From a virus: a stretch of 64,000 bases of DNA. Made by a program: the position numbers and the translations under genes. Positions 33,201 to 39,556 of the stretch are shown in pieces (the first letter of the stretch is position 1; the number at the start of each line of letters is the position of its first letter). The notes under the pieces were generated by a model that did no database searches, had not been told where the DNA came from, and was given only the letters and a program-made list of their open reading frames with translations. The DNA lies in the IMG/VR virus record IMGVR_UViG_3300022602_000075, positions 8,020 to 72,019 of that record. One strand, 5' to 3'.

Positions 33201-34128
33201 CAGAGAGTACTTTGTAAATCAAATTGTTCCTGGAACTGGTTTCTATGTCACCGAAACTAGAGGTGGCAACAATCTAGCACTTACTTCTGATACAGGTGGT
33301 GTCAACGTAACACAATGGCAACAAACTAATGTTGACCGTCTATGGGTAACAGTAAATGGGTATCGAGTTCCTTCTTCATCACTGCGTTTGAATCCAGGAA
33401 ATGATCTAAGCATACTAGCAAGTATTAATCCAGGTGACGAAGTAATTATTACTAGTATGGTGCCTTCGGCTACCCCAAATCAAATGACTTACTACATGAA
33501 TGTAAATCAACTTGGGGTACCGGTAGTTTACAATGCTAACATGTCTAAAACTTGGTTAGTACGTGGATTAGAAAGTTTAGATACAGTAATTTACGTCAAC
33601 GATGTATCACAAATTACAGAAACTATTGTCCAAAACAATATTGCACCTGCACCAGTTGGAGGAGTAATCAGTATAGGATTGAATGTAGACAAGAGAACAC
33701 TAACTAGCGTAACAGTTTACAACAACACAACTGGTCAAACTGTTCCAAGTAGCGCATATAGCGTTCAAATAGTTGACGCATCTCCTACTCTGCTAATAAC
33801 AGGGGGAGTCACTACAGGAAACTACTTGACGATAACTTCAATTCAGGGTAACTTAATCTATATTAACGGAGAACAAATTGTATTTGGAGTAGTAGATTTT
33901 GCCACTAACACACTTACCCAATTGCAACGTGGAGCAAATGGCACTGCTACACAGACATTAATCGCTCCGTATACTCCTGTACTAGGATTGCTGCCCGGCG
34001 ATCGATTATCTGATACTTACTATAATCAAACTTGGAATCCAATCCCAGGAATCTACAATCTTACTGAGGGCGACCCGCTACAGATAGCAGATACTGCCCC
34101 TGCTACTTTCTTAAATACGGGGAAATAA
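15280..34128 (+). CDS. Giant (6282 aa) baseplate wedge/virion structural protein with inserted adhesin-like repeats
   Basis: Follows gp6; N-terminal RTLDFLPEIFQT; contains Asp-box propeller blades, FG-GAP-like repeats and repeated beta modules. Confidence 0.75.
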   Translation: MAKVIRTLDFLPEIFQTPSNQQFLSATLDQLVNPPDLQKLQGFVGNRFGYGVNANDYYVTEPDATRTNYQLDPGVVFTKPGTSTATDFISYPGILNAINAAGGLANNNSRLFNSQFYSWDSFTNLDPLINFNQYYWLPEGPPAVTVAAATVFSAEDYVVTAEANGYNISVLGSDTGSINPTITLLRGGVYNFYVNQSTQFWIQGLPGVQGIDPTNPNQSVRQIYGVGNNGAETGIVTFTVPPANAQQQYILPGNNLVSLVSNIPYENLNGQLVSTIKNIDGVTSLNGMTVMFYDTGTPVNTNFYKIAYVGDPNNPTISLSVVSAIPVNQNINVVYGNTYGGLTFYLDNSNNIEQLPYISAPLDTLYYQDGSDPTRVGMIRLIESNVTNQLDINTQVLGQKNFTSTNGVVFTNGLKVQFNGDVVPSSYLTGQYYVQGVGTAIELLPVSDFIVSEPFTGDVLTPWDSTNWDIGNFSDTLYIPTYPDYITIARNSINRNPWSRSNRWFHIDVINATAQYNNDPSIATTFARQDNKAARPIIEFYPNLELFNYGSVGVSAVDFIDFRTTDCLNLVAGQPVYYPDVDVYTAYNANVFNPPVPTVGFTTPSPMGSINVANMRAVAISPTGVYVAVGYGTANSALYSVSTDGINWTTPASMNGVVVPAASMNSVTVNSAGLFVAVGGAGYPYYATSTDGINWTTPALMNGSSVYTQMRSVTVNSSGLFVAVGSDGSTYPLYATSTDGTNWTTPAIMNGSTSFAAMQAVTVNSSGLFVAVGYDGNQYPVYATSVDGSTWTTPTPMNGTTNPVRMLAVTVNSSGLFVAIGTDINTGYPVYSTSTTGSNWITPVAMTGSASGIRMTAVSTNYYGLFVAVGYDQNTVDGVAYRPVYSTSLDGSTWTAPAFMNNSIDPANIYGVAVDTIGGFVAVGDSGVSGVVSKSVIQLPSTSTTVTVPVASVTGTLEVGMYINDSQNILPPNTQITSITNHSGVLYIEVSWPNPTVLSGIIGVSLVADPSSNTNYALFPGARVIFAADPAQKAKIFVVNFSTVTQGSPPVITLAEAPDGQIVAGNVAAVIRGYNNQGYSFWYNGTAWVQAQQKITNNQAPLFDVFDSNGISFGNPAYYVGTSFKGSRLFSYAIGTGLADKVLGFPLSYSSVNNIGDISFDVSFNSDTFTYVNSSSPVTENVNTGFVYNTNSLTDHTRLLGWQTAVGPSVQYQVFEFNYVRNYVVPNNAFLLDVAPVASDVEPWPVLEVYVNNVLQPSTNYTVTTTSDSTTVVINIPNQITNTLVQILVLSDQVSKYAFYQIPINLSNNPFNTDITVTNVGDIRRQYASIFNNCPNTTGHVFGSNNYRDLGNLVPYGNVIIQNSASLALPATFLRNLDFNIFDALAYNSKKYVEYKNLIVYTVNSYPFDQRYDPAYVLNTAIDLITAAKDSSQSFFWSDMIPAKAPYASNAYTFKSNLDRTVYPLTQTYNFKTANYNGVLVYLSRTISGLTITKQLVINQDYTVSATAPSLEITIQLLAGDVVTINEYNQTYGSYVPNTPTKLGLYPAFIPEVVLDTGYQQPTYFIKGHDGSYNKLYGDYIPETDTLVDFRDQALLEFEKRVYNNLKLSNTIPIQAYEVTPGFFRTTDYSYDEWLEIYTPGFLNWVGQNKLDYKQQYYNSYNQYTWNYKKTTNKVDNSVIDIGYWRGVYSYFYDTTTPNTTPWEMLGYKNEPSWWTDRYGPAPYTSNNLVLWGDLAAGLDWNNGNPVVIPKAVRNGLLKVLPVDSQGNLISPFQSVVANYYTPSFEANWVVGDDGPVEFSYRRSSSWPFDLMRILALTKPAEFFNLGAWVDNYKYSEEFNQYLVGGRSHLVPNEIPVYGSGTPVTSYINWVVDYRKQYGVDATTTITTLINNLDVRLVYRLAGFSDQNLLNFYIQSTNPNSNNSSLLIPNESYQVLLYSNPPYSVLQYSSVIVQITNQGQYAVFGNSQNSAYFSTLVPKNDGQTSTTKVDSLSVTVPRNFTSTEEMVPYGTIFQTPQAVAIFLASYGAYLEANGATYEYQLGALPINWNQMISEFLYWVQIGWQPGAITTLNPAAYELTINRENQIVQPLSVQGANFVLNQNLYPIKNADLSIIRNGTQFSVTPLNQGDTISYGQFNLSNFENACVFNNTTMFGDTICDLVTGLRQNRLYLRGAKTASWNGTYTASGFIINQNNVVQWDPAAKYTKGQIVKYKNQYWVAQDIIQPSETFQQKYWLLSNYNMIQTGLLPNSSTNSLDSTYYYSNEQSALNTDTNLLCYSLIGYRQRDYAAIADLTDVTQVNVYQNLIKTKGSTNAVSAFKGATLPHGGIDYNVYENWAILSSNFGGVLNNNFVQFKLNAAELSGNPFIVGLTDGVSTTGVEQEVPLYSLYNYNYSSPPTSPNVLPTISQYVPSTLFPDAGYVNFNDVKMSSYFYSQLPTAVNQQGVIIPLTSFYVGDYVWLANYLNQWNVYTPISLGQVVAVTNNLNNTCTVTFSQMHNLKQYDLIAITNFNSAVNGYYTVNNVVDNYQITILLSLTSSSRQLIGQGVGMYLSPQRVTTPSQITNLPLDSSEFVKNTVWVDTNNDGGWAVYQKNINYQLEEEITQPLNDSLSFGSSVVYNSNLGGYLIGDPNLGNVYRYDLNQGTGGYDLFQTLTHAASFGSSMVNEGSIYVISQPTGTPTVYIYTINNSVLSDQLISYQAGITAPSGVTNWGSALALSGDTNWLYISDTGHNKVYVYNKQNILLTAGSFVTGETYTINSIGTTDFTAVGAIENKVGITFIATGAGSGTGTATQSTYKSSAIIDATGFLTTGDNFGYSIATDYYGDTVVIGAPDVDYSTDYQNWGSAYVYERSVQNFIAPYTYPLNSNPAPSFQLAWSPSAVQVSVNSVAVQASEYSISGSTLTYTGSLTAGDIINVSGNVFTKVQTLTTQNNPQVGVQFGLSVDTTAHAGEIIVGAPFELTQQLVEGAVYRFTNGGAEYGQVYGTSPVATTATRTILINGFAATIPSGANAAVAANTINQTNIINITASATSDNKLVISLTNPALAQANEKLLVTALNSSALTELGVNTYTQTQVVLCPHTEGPTQFGTVVKFNESGSFVASAPVGTRYEDTTFDVVDYPDQDTIFDNNTTQFIESFPNAGAVYMFDYLGNYNETLQNPGSFVYAQSVNAPNLTYGPQPRYGTAIDFVSNRVVVGTPNMYNYDISATTLTAGVTYTIVFVGTTDFTAIGAVSNTVGVTFVATGPASGSGFATDGDLVSYGQVISYTNSVGQQDWEVYRQTAPIVDTARIGYMQIFSAQTNNTLVNLDYFDPLQDKLLGAVAENIDVISNNDPASYNNGNVTQRALVWGKEHLGNIWFNTSNVRFVNYHQDDVVYNSKYWGAVFPGSDVAVYTWVASNNPPANYQGPGTPYNTNLYTIETILNASQSAVPVYYFWVRNTSIIFSEQGKTLSDTVLQSYISSPQNSGISYISPILPNVFSVYNSQQYLNGNDSVLNVGYATGVTNDQYHTEYSLIRENYPDDFLPGLPTLANPTPTLLYQKLLYSLSGVDGIGQVVPDPFLPVAVQSGVAARPRQSFFLDRFIALQNYIEFANNVMSKYPITEIRENATYLYAKGPFYDTSNYWEFINWWAPGYDNSIRSSTVVPFYADLSTLSVAPGTIVKVQSNGAGKSEWYILVAGNVWNRIGLQNGTIQFKSSLWNYKDAGFGWGNNFFDTASFDTYPSEETYWIARALTEQIYTNELLAYRNNSLILLFQYIQSESVSSQNYLTWLNKTSLVDVSHNIRQLLPYENYQSDNQDFLAGYLGEALPYHVFIKEFTYVYTGSNTWAGNVIDFDLPAQYNTTIDQFVSPQLVYSNPDNVYTYSPTSLIWQQPEYYQWFTNYGISLTGETNYLIGEITAYLGLGSSVIAVTNASGFPLNGVIMIGEEKIAYSTVNRANNTLTNLVRGYGGTTVSVHFPGENIYIDLPAVLVLNGGRGYTNPPKVTAYIDTSIYPAPSVPAQLEAVMSLDSVVSVNVIDPGNGYAVLPQIIIDYAEQIVFASTNVNVLFSTIQIPTPLLQTGDLVKYEMSPNGQAIGGVENNQWYYINVLQSAPAVVVALYTTYLDAVSDTNRVFFYNQGSGTGHTLNLGAKASAVSTAAPIRENNITLKFDRTSYNSQVSEWTPNAFYGAFFTGDALSQLQTSSSTLPLSSTQPDINSILTSAQGCVFEIVDTGNIQQVEWSSFVRTVSETIASTNAIRLILSSSTLENASGSTVGMVEGMPVQFNGFVGSSGIVPNTVYYVKEVLSLTDFTISATSGGSTLSLSNQVITGAGLNCLVAQVTNTATLTMNYPGIRTATSVTANSIAKRGYITVPLNSIGTGGTKGMYSGLPVFFVGNVFGGVVANQAYYVTTVLDKQNFTISTSADPYTVQVEATNSSTNYVTLNSTTGLSVNDPIVINEMVVEGQAATSFGNIVPSTIYYVSQIIDGFNITISTDYNGSTFVLSTVSSTTTVTAGSFVTGVTYTILDLGTTDFTLIGAASNTIGVVFVATGAGTGTGTATCRSFATLVSQANTALLTTSIGDMTINLSLPVSPGQVNGQLFTLYKTSQEYYPITYTVSNELTGSIVATIAGVNYAAISATYGTANFYVNMPLRVSHNIGNLVTATTYYVTSIGAITVEVTATASSTNRLTCNDTSVLYANMPIVFSGTGLGGITISQTYYVKTIIDSTHFTISTTPSGTVLTLTSDTGSMTGTGDAYITLSTSLGGGNVSLSSDYGPVTYTQTPVTLPDIAVNYLVGGYSVTIVAGGQGMATTNVLTVSGTEVGGVSPANDVTIEVNGVDSQGSIVSLTVTGTVPADSQSKYYLKVTGTNTFEVYADPLMAVPVTGIGFPYTGVKSTTATTVTASNDRVTVADSTIFAVNDSVVFTGEVFTTDIVLGQTYYIKAKPTSTTVTISTLPGGTTLDITANASGSMTMAALGSFAFLYEPFYFNPSIVKFSNQLYRCIVSNNDSEFVYGKWELLDSGDRRINALDRIVGYYKPTVNMPSFTYHETSPLQPGVSSVDFSQLLTGTTYPNSTYLGNPFQPSQQLPLNVKLQDQPFIATLPAVYDVQGSAFTSGFGPEELVPGIVSDNLSMIVNTLPGSNWDPAQYAHDGYNVVSLQFTPAYSTQTVYSFDRAVQVPAQVAVFVINGSTQLSTSIYNSIDYTVDWVNSTVILNSPLAASNTLRIDVYEVGNGYQLVKSSTKRDPIILDPVTGFNGIPLDCNYAGNINNGNGIVRPGTAPIQTNATATISATNSIVVDNVSSFILNSPITFQGSTFGNIVAGTTYYVKTISTVTDSITVSTTYDISTGIAGSTFHLSDAVGSMVCIIETGNGVFWSPPVVYHNGNKLVLGTINFAISTSASTGYITCNSTSGLIANTPIKFSNTMFGGVTPQTTYYISHILDSYKFSISATPGGAPLTLTDAVGGASFITNDYAAALSADGFTAKLVFASLYDPSVDYITYTLFGETVPQYSYTIPETQVFSNITGSSFTLTNYVVEDNPTNAIVEVNGVRQTAAQYTISSLSNTITFNTPPPIGSTVAVTSYNLTDNQYFNTQYGISGSSLSASTTVIVSATTNTVSTYDQNGTVGYDTQLYAENLNTLTLDTGYNTSVFTIGQVIVFSAPTIGGIVAGKNYYIAQIIDSSTFTISELLGGAPIAVTTATGTMTGNLNGITVAAITNISNVISDPLATTTVTGTSSITNLITCASTTNFALNQTVQFEASVISATSIVIGATYRIESLGTTDFTTIGAATNAVGVIFIATGVGTGTGTALLATFGNIDLLGQVYFVKTKDSSTTFSISDQAGNTITLGTDSGSIKAIVGGQPTIRITTGVLNTFEDNTLVRIDGTLGSTQLNNQTFYAKVITTTQFDIYSQPYSPAFGAINSPVTNVSTWLGGGYAWRDGLFTIIDTKATATAPNGLITVNSTTELILGTPVYFTVSGTALGSTIMGGLIAGREYFVNQIVPGTGFYVTETRGGNNLALTSDTGGVNVTQWQQTNVDRLWVTVNGYRVPSSSLRLNPGNDLSILASINPGDEVIITSMVPSATPNQMTYYMNVNQLGVPVVYNANMSKTWLVRGLESLDTVIYVNDVSQITETIVQNNIAPAPVGGVISIGLNVDKRTLTSVTVYNNTTGQTVPSSAYSVQIVDASPTLLITGGVTTGNYLTITSIQGNLIYINGEQIVFGVVDFATNTLTQLQRGANGTATQTLIAPYTPVLGLLPGDRLSDTYYNQTWNPIPGIYNLTEGDPLQIADTAPATFLNTGK
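17122..18060 (+). repeat. Seven tandem ~45-50-aa Asp-box (BNR-like) beta-propeller blades
   Basis: Repeated VTVNSSGLFVAVG...YATSxDGxxWTTP..MNG, also visible at DNA level. Confidence 0.8.
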
Positions 34129-34146
34129 GTAATGATAAATAATTCT

Positions 34147-34299
34147 ATGAACTCGGATAATTCAAAACCTATGAACTTACAGGCAACCACACCCCAAAGA
34201 AAGCCCAATGAATTGGGAACATTGCAATTTTCGTCGCATGTTAAGATCACTGATCCTAACACAAGAGAAGTTTTGGTAGATAAGAGGGGTGACAACTAA
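34147..34299 (+). CDS. 50-aa late microprotein (below the ORF-track cutoff)
   Basis: TAAATA 5 nt before ATG; MNSDNSKP..HVKITDPNTREVLVDKRGDN*; its stop abuts the next ATG. Confidence 0.65.
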   Translation: MNSDNSKPMNLQATTPQRKPNELGTLQFSSHVKITDPNTREVLVDKRGDN

Positions 34300-34300
34300 A

Positions 34301-34927
34301 ATGTCTATTATTAACTTAGCCTATAAAGTAGAAGGTTTTCTAAAGATTTATGACCCAAATAATGGGGAAATCTTTGTAGACAAAAAGAATGCTATCAACT
34401 ATGAAAACATGTCCATAGCCATTGCTAATACTCTTAGTGCCCGCGGTTATGGAGAAATTTACGAAATGGCGTTTGGTAATGGTGCTGCTTCAGTAGACAA
34501 TACTGGTGTTATTACTTATTTGCCGCCAAACGTTACGGGTCAGAACGCGGCCCTGTATAACCAAACTTATTCAAAGATCGTAGATGATAACAGTGTTTTC
34601 AACTTAGATCCTACTAGAAACAAAATGACAGTGTATCACACTGCGGGTACAGTATATACTGACATTTTGGTGCAATGTTTGCTTGATTACGGCGAACCTG
34701 CAGGACAAAATGCATTCGACAACAGCACACAAACAGATTCTTCATACGTGTTCGATGAATTAGGATTACTGTCCAATAATGGTACAGATTCTAACGGAAA
34801 TGTTTTTACAAGTTTGTTAACTCATGTTGTTTTTCACCCTGTACAGAAGTCTCTGAACAGACAGATACAGATTGACTACACAGTTAGAATACAATCGTTG
34901 ACCAACTTGATTACAACCAGTTCTTAA
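34301..34927 (+). CDS. Virion structural protein (baseplate/fibre associated)
   Basis: FDELGLL..LLTHVVFHPVQKSLNR motif; ATG 34301 preferred over the upstream GTG. Confidence 0.65.
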   Translation: MSIINLAYKVEGFLKIYDPNNGEIFVDKKNAINYENMSIAIANTLSARGYGEIYEMAFGNGAASVDNTGVITYLPPNVTGQNAALYNQTYSKIVDDNSVFNLDPTRNKMTVYHTAGTVYTDILVQCLLDYGEPAGQNAFDNSTQTDSSYVFDELGLLSNNGTDSNGNVFTSLLTHVVFHPVQKSLNRQIQIDYTVRIQSLTNLITTSS

Positions 34928-34958
34928 CAGATAAATAAAAAGCGGAGCCACTGCAACT

Positions 34959-37118
34959 ATGTCATATACAATACTTTTAACTAATGGTACAGTACTTACA
35001 ACTATTCCAGACGGTACTATTAATACTACCAGCACATCGCTAGGATTACCCGGCAGAAACTATGCAGGGTATGGTCAGCCAATCGACGAAAACTTTGTGT
35101 GGCTCACTGAAAACTTTGCAAACACTGCTCCACCGGCTAATCCGCTAGCGGGACAGTTATGGTATAACACTAATAATCAAACGCTGTATGTTTGCCCTAT
35201 TCAAGGAACTACTAGTGCATCAAGTTGGCTAGCACTAACATCAACTTCAAGCGGTGGCACCACAACATTTGGAAATGTAACTGTAAACGGAAACATTCAA
35301 GCAAACAATGCAACTGTTACTAATTCTATCTCAGCAAATGCTATTACTGTAAATTTTGCTACGGTATCTTCAAATTTAGTTGCAGGTAACGCGAACATTA
35401 CAACTGCTAATGTAGGTACATTATACACTAATGCAATTAGTTCAGGTTCTCAATCAACTGCAGGTACTCTGACTGGCGTTTGGACTGCTAATGGTTCAGG
35501 AACAGTTACTTATACTGGACCGCACACTGCTTCAGGTACTTCTTTATATGTCACTGGCGGAAATTTAGTAATCGATCCAGGTTCAAGCAGTGCAGGCATT
35601 AGATCAGATAATTATTACTATGCAAATGGTACTCCAATTCCAATTGGTGGCATATACGGAAATACTCAAGTAGCATCATTCTTGTCTACGGGTTTTGGTA
35701 GTAATACAATCACTACTTCGGGAACTATAACCGCAGGAACTCTCAGCGCAACAGGTACTGTTGTTGCTACAAATATTGGAAACATTGCTGCAATAAACTT
35801 AACTGGCAGCAGTAGCAATGTGCTGTATGGTAACGGTGTCTTTGCTCCAGCGGCCGGCGGATCAACTTATGGAGACAGCAACGTTGTTACTTTACTTGCT
35901 GCATTTGGTAGCAACACTATCGTAACTACGGGTAATATTACTGGCGGTAACTTTATAGGAAATGGTAAGGCACTTACAGGTATTACAAGTGCAGGCACTG
36001 CCGGCGCAGTGAGCATGACTCCTCAAAGCACAGGTACTTACTATCTGCCATTTATTTCAGGTACAACATCAGGAAATTATGCACTGAACGGGAACGCTAA
36101 TTTCTCGGCTAACTTAGCAAATGGATATATCACTGCTACTGGATTTGTAGGTAACGGCGCAGCACTAACTGGAGTTGCAGCCTCGTTCCCTATCACAAAC
36201 GGCACTTCGAATATTGCAGCACCCGTAGTCAATGGCAACATTAATATAACGGCAGCAGGTAATACGACATTAGTAATTACGGGCACCGGGGCAAACATTT
36301 CCGGTACTTTAAATGCTACAGGCAATGCTAATGTGGGTAATATCGGCGCTGTCATAGGCGTATTCACTAATGTAAAGGGTGAAGGTGGTAATCTTAGCAA
36401 CATTCAGGGTAGCAATGTCATTGGCACAGTGGCTACCGCAATTAGTGCTGGTACAGTAACTACTGCTGCTCAACCAGGCATTACTTCAGTTGGTACACTA
36501 ACTTCACTCACCGTATCGGGTGCAATAACAACAAACGGAAACGCAGTAGGTTATTTGGGTATTCCTCAATCAGGTGGAGCAGGAAAGACTACTTCATACA
36601 CAACTGTATTGAGTGACTCGGGCACACAGATTTACTACACTGGCGGAAATGCAGCAACAGCGACAACTTGCTCATCCTCATCAACTACTTTGACAGTAGG
36701 AGGAACTCCACTGACCGGAACGTTTGCTCCAGGAATGCCTATCTTAATTGCATCAGGTACTGGAACATTAGCAACGGGAACAACTTATATTGTCAGCCAA
36801 CTAAGCGGAACTACTGGTGGAGCAGGTACATACCAGTTAAGCCAAGCGCCTACTGTAGCACTAGCATCGGCAACCATCTACGGCGGTCCAGTACTGACTA
36901 TTGCTGCTAACTCTTCAGTTGCATATCCAGTTGGTACAGTACTAACATTCATCAATGATGGTTCTGTTGCTAACTTGCAAGCAGGGATAACATGTGCTGA
37001 TAATCTTGTATGGCAGGCTAGTGGCGCCACCGGTACTAGATTCTTGAACCGTTATGGTATTGCTGTAGCAACTAAAGTTACGGGAACTAGATGGTTCATT
37101 ACTGGAGCATTAACTTAA
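34959..37118 (+). CDS. Tail fibre-like protein
   Basis: N-terminal GRNYAGYG..ENF..LTENFA..GQLWY module; Gly/Asn/Thr-rich shaft (AAQPGITSVGTLTSL); C-terminal fibre-tip-like segment. Confidence 0.75.
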   Translation: MSYTILLTNGTVLTTIPDGTINTTSTSLGLPGRNYAGYGQPIDENFVWLTENFANTAPPANPLAGQLWYNTNNQTLYVCPIQGTTSASSWLALTSTSSGGTTTFGNVTVNGNIQANNATVTNSISANAITVNFATVSSNLVAGNANITTANVGTLYTNAISSGSQSTAGTLTGVWTANGSGTVTYTGPHTASGTSLYVTGGNLVIDPGSSSAGIRSDNYYYANGTPIPIGGIYGNTQVASFLSTGFGSNTITTSGTITAGTLSATGTVVATNIGNIAAINLTGSSSNVLYGNGVFAPAAGGSTYGDSNVVTLLAAFGSNTIVTTGNITGGNFIGNGKALTGITSAGTAGAVSMTPQSTGTYYLPFISGTTSGNYALNGNANFSANLANGYITATGFVGNGAALTGVAASFPITNGTSNIAAPVVNGNINITAAGNTTLVITGTGANISGTLNATGNANVGNIGAVIGVFTNVKGEGGNLSNIQGSNVIGTVATAISAGTVTTAAQPGITSVGTLTSLTVSGAITTNGNAVGYLGIPQSGGAGKTTSYTTVLSDSGTQIYYTGGNAATATTCSSSSTTLTVGGTPLTGTFAPGMPILIASGTGTLATGTTYIVSQLSGTTGGAGTYQLSQAPTVALASATIYGGPVLTIAANSSVAYPVGTVLTFINDGSVANLQAGITCADNLVWQASGATGTRFLNRYGIAVATKVTGTRWFITGALT

Positions 37119-37582
37119 TGAGTGGAATACTTTCTGGAGAACTTGCTAGTCTTTCTTACAACCAAACATTTACTATTCAATGTGGGTCAGGCACTAATAC
37201 TGGGCCAAAAACTTTCACTTTCTCTATGTTCGGATGGTGCCCATTTACTTCAACTCCCGGACCTGGCGGAGTTGTACTACCAGACGCACCAATTGGTAAA
37301 TTGTTAACTGGTAACCCCGGAACTGGTACGTCCCCTATTGCTGGAATATGGGAATCGCAAAGCGATTCCAGTTTACAAGTTGACTTGAATATAGCATTCT
37401 GGGGTGTATACACCACATCAACTATAAATACGATATCAATTAACGGCACGGTAATATCAGGATCTGGTGGAGGTTTTACAGGATTGCCTAATAATACTTT
37501 TGGTATTACCCGTTGGGTATTAACCGAGTCTACAACCGTTCATCTTAATCTAGCCGGCCCAGTGACTATCATAATAACTTAG
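37118..37582 (+). CDS. Small fibre-tip/adhesin-associated protein
   Basis: ATG overlaps the fibre stop (TAATG); beta-rich sequence starting MSGILSG. Confidence 0.5.
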   Translation: MSGILSGELASLSYNQTFTIQCGSGTNTGPKTFTFSMFGWCPFTSTPGPGGVVLPDAPIGKLLTGNPGTGTSPIAGIWESQSDSSLQVDLNIAFWGVYTTSTINTISINGTVISGSGGGFTGLPNNTFGITRWVLTESTTVHLNLAGPVTIIIT

Positions 37583-37583
37583 T

Positions 37584-38063
37584 ATGTCAAAATCTATTAA
37601 ATGCTGGGAATATCCTGGCATATTGGTAATCAAAATCGATTCATCTCCGTGTAATCATAAATTTAATATGCGAGCTGGCGATATAAGCTTGGGCGCATTT
37701 TATTACGGTAAAATAACTATTGTTGATGCTGCTAGACCGGATATCATAGGACACACATTTACTGATTGGTATGATTTTACAAAGCCAGAAAATCATAGAT
37801 TCAATGAGTGGGGTCAATGGATGGTTTGCAGAGTAGAAGACGATGCAGGTTGGAGATGCTTTCACTCAGAGTGCGGTACTTACAAGGGCATTGAATTGCT
37901 AGTTGTTTCTGAAGATACGATACTTACTGATAAACCTGCTGTAATACTTGATGGCAATTTTTACGATAGTAATAAAGTATATGAAGCAATGGACTATGTT
38001 GAGCATTCTAACCAACTATCGGGTACAGGGAGGTTAGTTATTTTTCATGAACAACCTGTTTGA
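37584..38063 (+). CDS. Hypothetical protein
   Basis: 159-aa ORF tightly packed within the operon. Confidence 0.55.
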   Translation: MSKSIKCWEYPGILVIKIDSSPCNHKFNMRAGDISLGAFYYGKITIVDAARPDIIGHTFTDWYDFTKPENHRFNEWGQWMVCRVEDDAGWRCFHSECGTYKGIELLVVSEDTILTDKPAVILDGNFYDSNKVYEAMDYVEHSNQLSGTGRLVIFHEQPV

Positions 38064-38712
38064 TAAAGTATATTGTGTTAGTTTACCTGAAAGTCAAGAT
38101 AGATGGAATAAGTTTATTGTAGAATATAAAAATGCCACAGGCTCAAATGATGTAACAAAAATGTGGGCTATACCTCCCGCCCCAGAAATAATCAAAGATA
38201 ATGCCGACTTAGTTCTTTTTAATTATCCAGCTAGAACAATGATAGGTTGCACACTATCACATATCAAAGTGCTTTCAGATGCACTGTTTCATGGATATGA
38301 AAGCATACTTGTCTTAGAAGACGATGCTTTTTTATTGCCTGAATCTGTTGAAACAGTTGCAGCAGCACTTAAAGAGATACCAAACGATTGGGGGATTTTG
38401 TATTTAGGTGGCCACCCAACTGGGCCATTAATAAAAGTTACTGAACGCATAGCAAAACCCACGTCTCTATTTTGGAGTTCTTGGGGATACGCTATTCGTA
38501 GAGATGCTATGCACAAAGTTATTCACAAGTGTTTAGACATGATTTCACACACATCCTACGACGGTATTTTAGGTAAGCAAGCTGAAGCTATACAACGATA
38601 TGTGATGTGTCCTCCAGTTTTGTCCGTACACGCTGGACATAGTACCATTACAAACAGTGAGAGCGATTTAGCAGAACTTGCTAAACCCGATTGGGTTAAG
38701 TTCTCGCCATGA
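38047..38712 (+). CDS. Glycosyltransferase family 25-like
   Basis: Motifs VYCVSL..DRW, GCTLSH, LVLEDDA, WGILYLG. Confidence 0.85.
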   Translation: MNNLFDKVYCVSLPESQDRWNKFIVEYKNATGSNDVTKMWAIPPAPEIIKDNADLVLFNYPARTMIGCTLSHIKVLSDALFHGYESILVLEDDAFLLPESVETVAAALKEIPNDWGILYLGGHPTGPLIKVTERIAKPTSLFWSSWGYAIRRDAMHKVIHKCLDMISHTSYDGILGKQAEAIQRYVMCPPVLSVHAGHSTITNSESDLAELAKPDWVKFSP

Positions 38713-39314
38713 ATATTGTAGTATGCTCAGATGGTAGATGCGGTAGTCTGTGGTTAACGTTTGCAATCGCACATAAATTAAAACGTTCTTTTGGATGGCT
38801 GGATGAAGGACTGTGCGAGAATACAGTTCACATGACTCATGTTTTTGAACTTATTGAAAGTTTTGATGGTTTGGTAATACACTCTACTAGAAGAAATGCT
38901 CTAGATCATTTTATCGCTACAGTTTTTTATGATCGGGTAATGTGCAAAGATGAAGAATGGGTAAACTTTTCTAATTCGATAGGAATATGGAGTCATATCC
39001 ATGACGATGAAAAGCGAAAGCCAATTCTAACTAAAAAATTCAAAGAAATGGTAGAACGAACTCGCATAAGAGTGTATAGAAAAGAGTTTGAAGATTTCAT
39101 GCAAGCTAGAAATAAGAATAAACAATTTATAAACGCTTACGGTGGACTAAAGCATACTATTTACTATGAAGACTTGTTTGATGGGATTACGATTCCTGAA
39201 TTAAGTATAGGGACAATTAGTTTTGAGCAAAAGGGTATATTTACCAAACTGCCGTATGATAAAACAGATATAGTGACTAACTACAAAGAGATAGAAGAAT
39301 GGTTCATAAATTAA
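38709..39314 (+). CDS. Sulfotransferase-like protein (Stf0-like)
   Basis: N-terminal GRCGSLWL (PAPS-loop-like), central RRNALD, and IYYEDL. Confidence 0.6.
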   Translation: MNIVVCSDGRCGSLWLTFAIAHKLKRSFGWLDEGLCENTVHMTHVFELIESFDGLVIHSTRRNALDHFIATVFYDRVMCKDEEWVNFSNSIGIWSHIHDDEKRKPILTKKFKEMVERTRIRVYRKEFEDFMQARNKNKQFINAYGGLKHTIYYEDLFDGITIPELSIGTISFEQKGIFTKLPYDKTDIVTNYKEIEEWFIN

Positions 39315-39378
39315 CATTATCCGTTTTAGTTGAACCAGACTGTAATAAATGATATAAGAGTATCTTATAAATATTGTT

Positions 39379-39537
39379 ATGAAACAGAAAAAGATACTCC
39401 GTGAAATTTACGCAGCTTGTCTTACGCATAATACCACTCGCCTTTATGAATTGCAATTAGAAGAGTTTAAAAAAATCTTCAAACGCAAACAAGAAGGCAA
39501 GTCGGTCTCCAAACCCAAGTATACAGTGGTACGATAG
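39379..39537 (+). CDS. 52-aa basic late microprotein
   Basis: TATAAATA 5 nt before ATG; MKQKKILREIYAAC..KPKYTVVR*. Confidence 0.6.
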   Translation: MKQKKILREIYAACLTHNTTRLYELQLEEFKKIFKRKQEGKSVSKPKYTVVR

Positions 39538-39556
39538 ATAAGTAATTTTAATGGTA

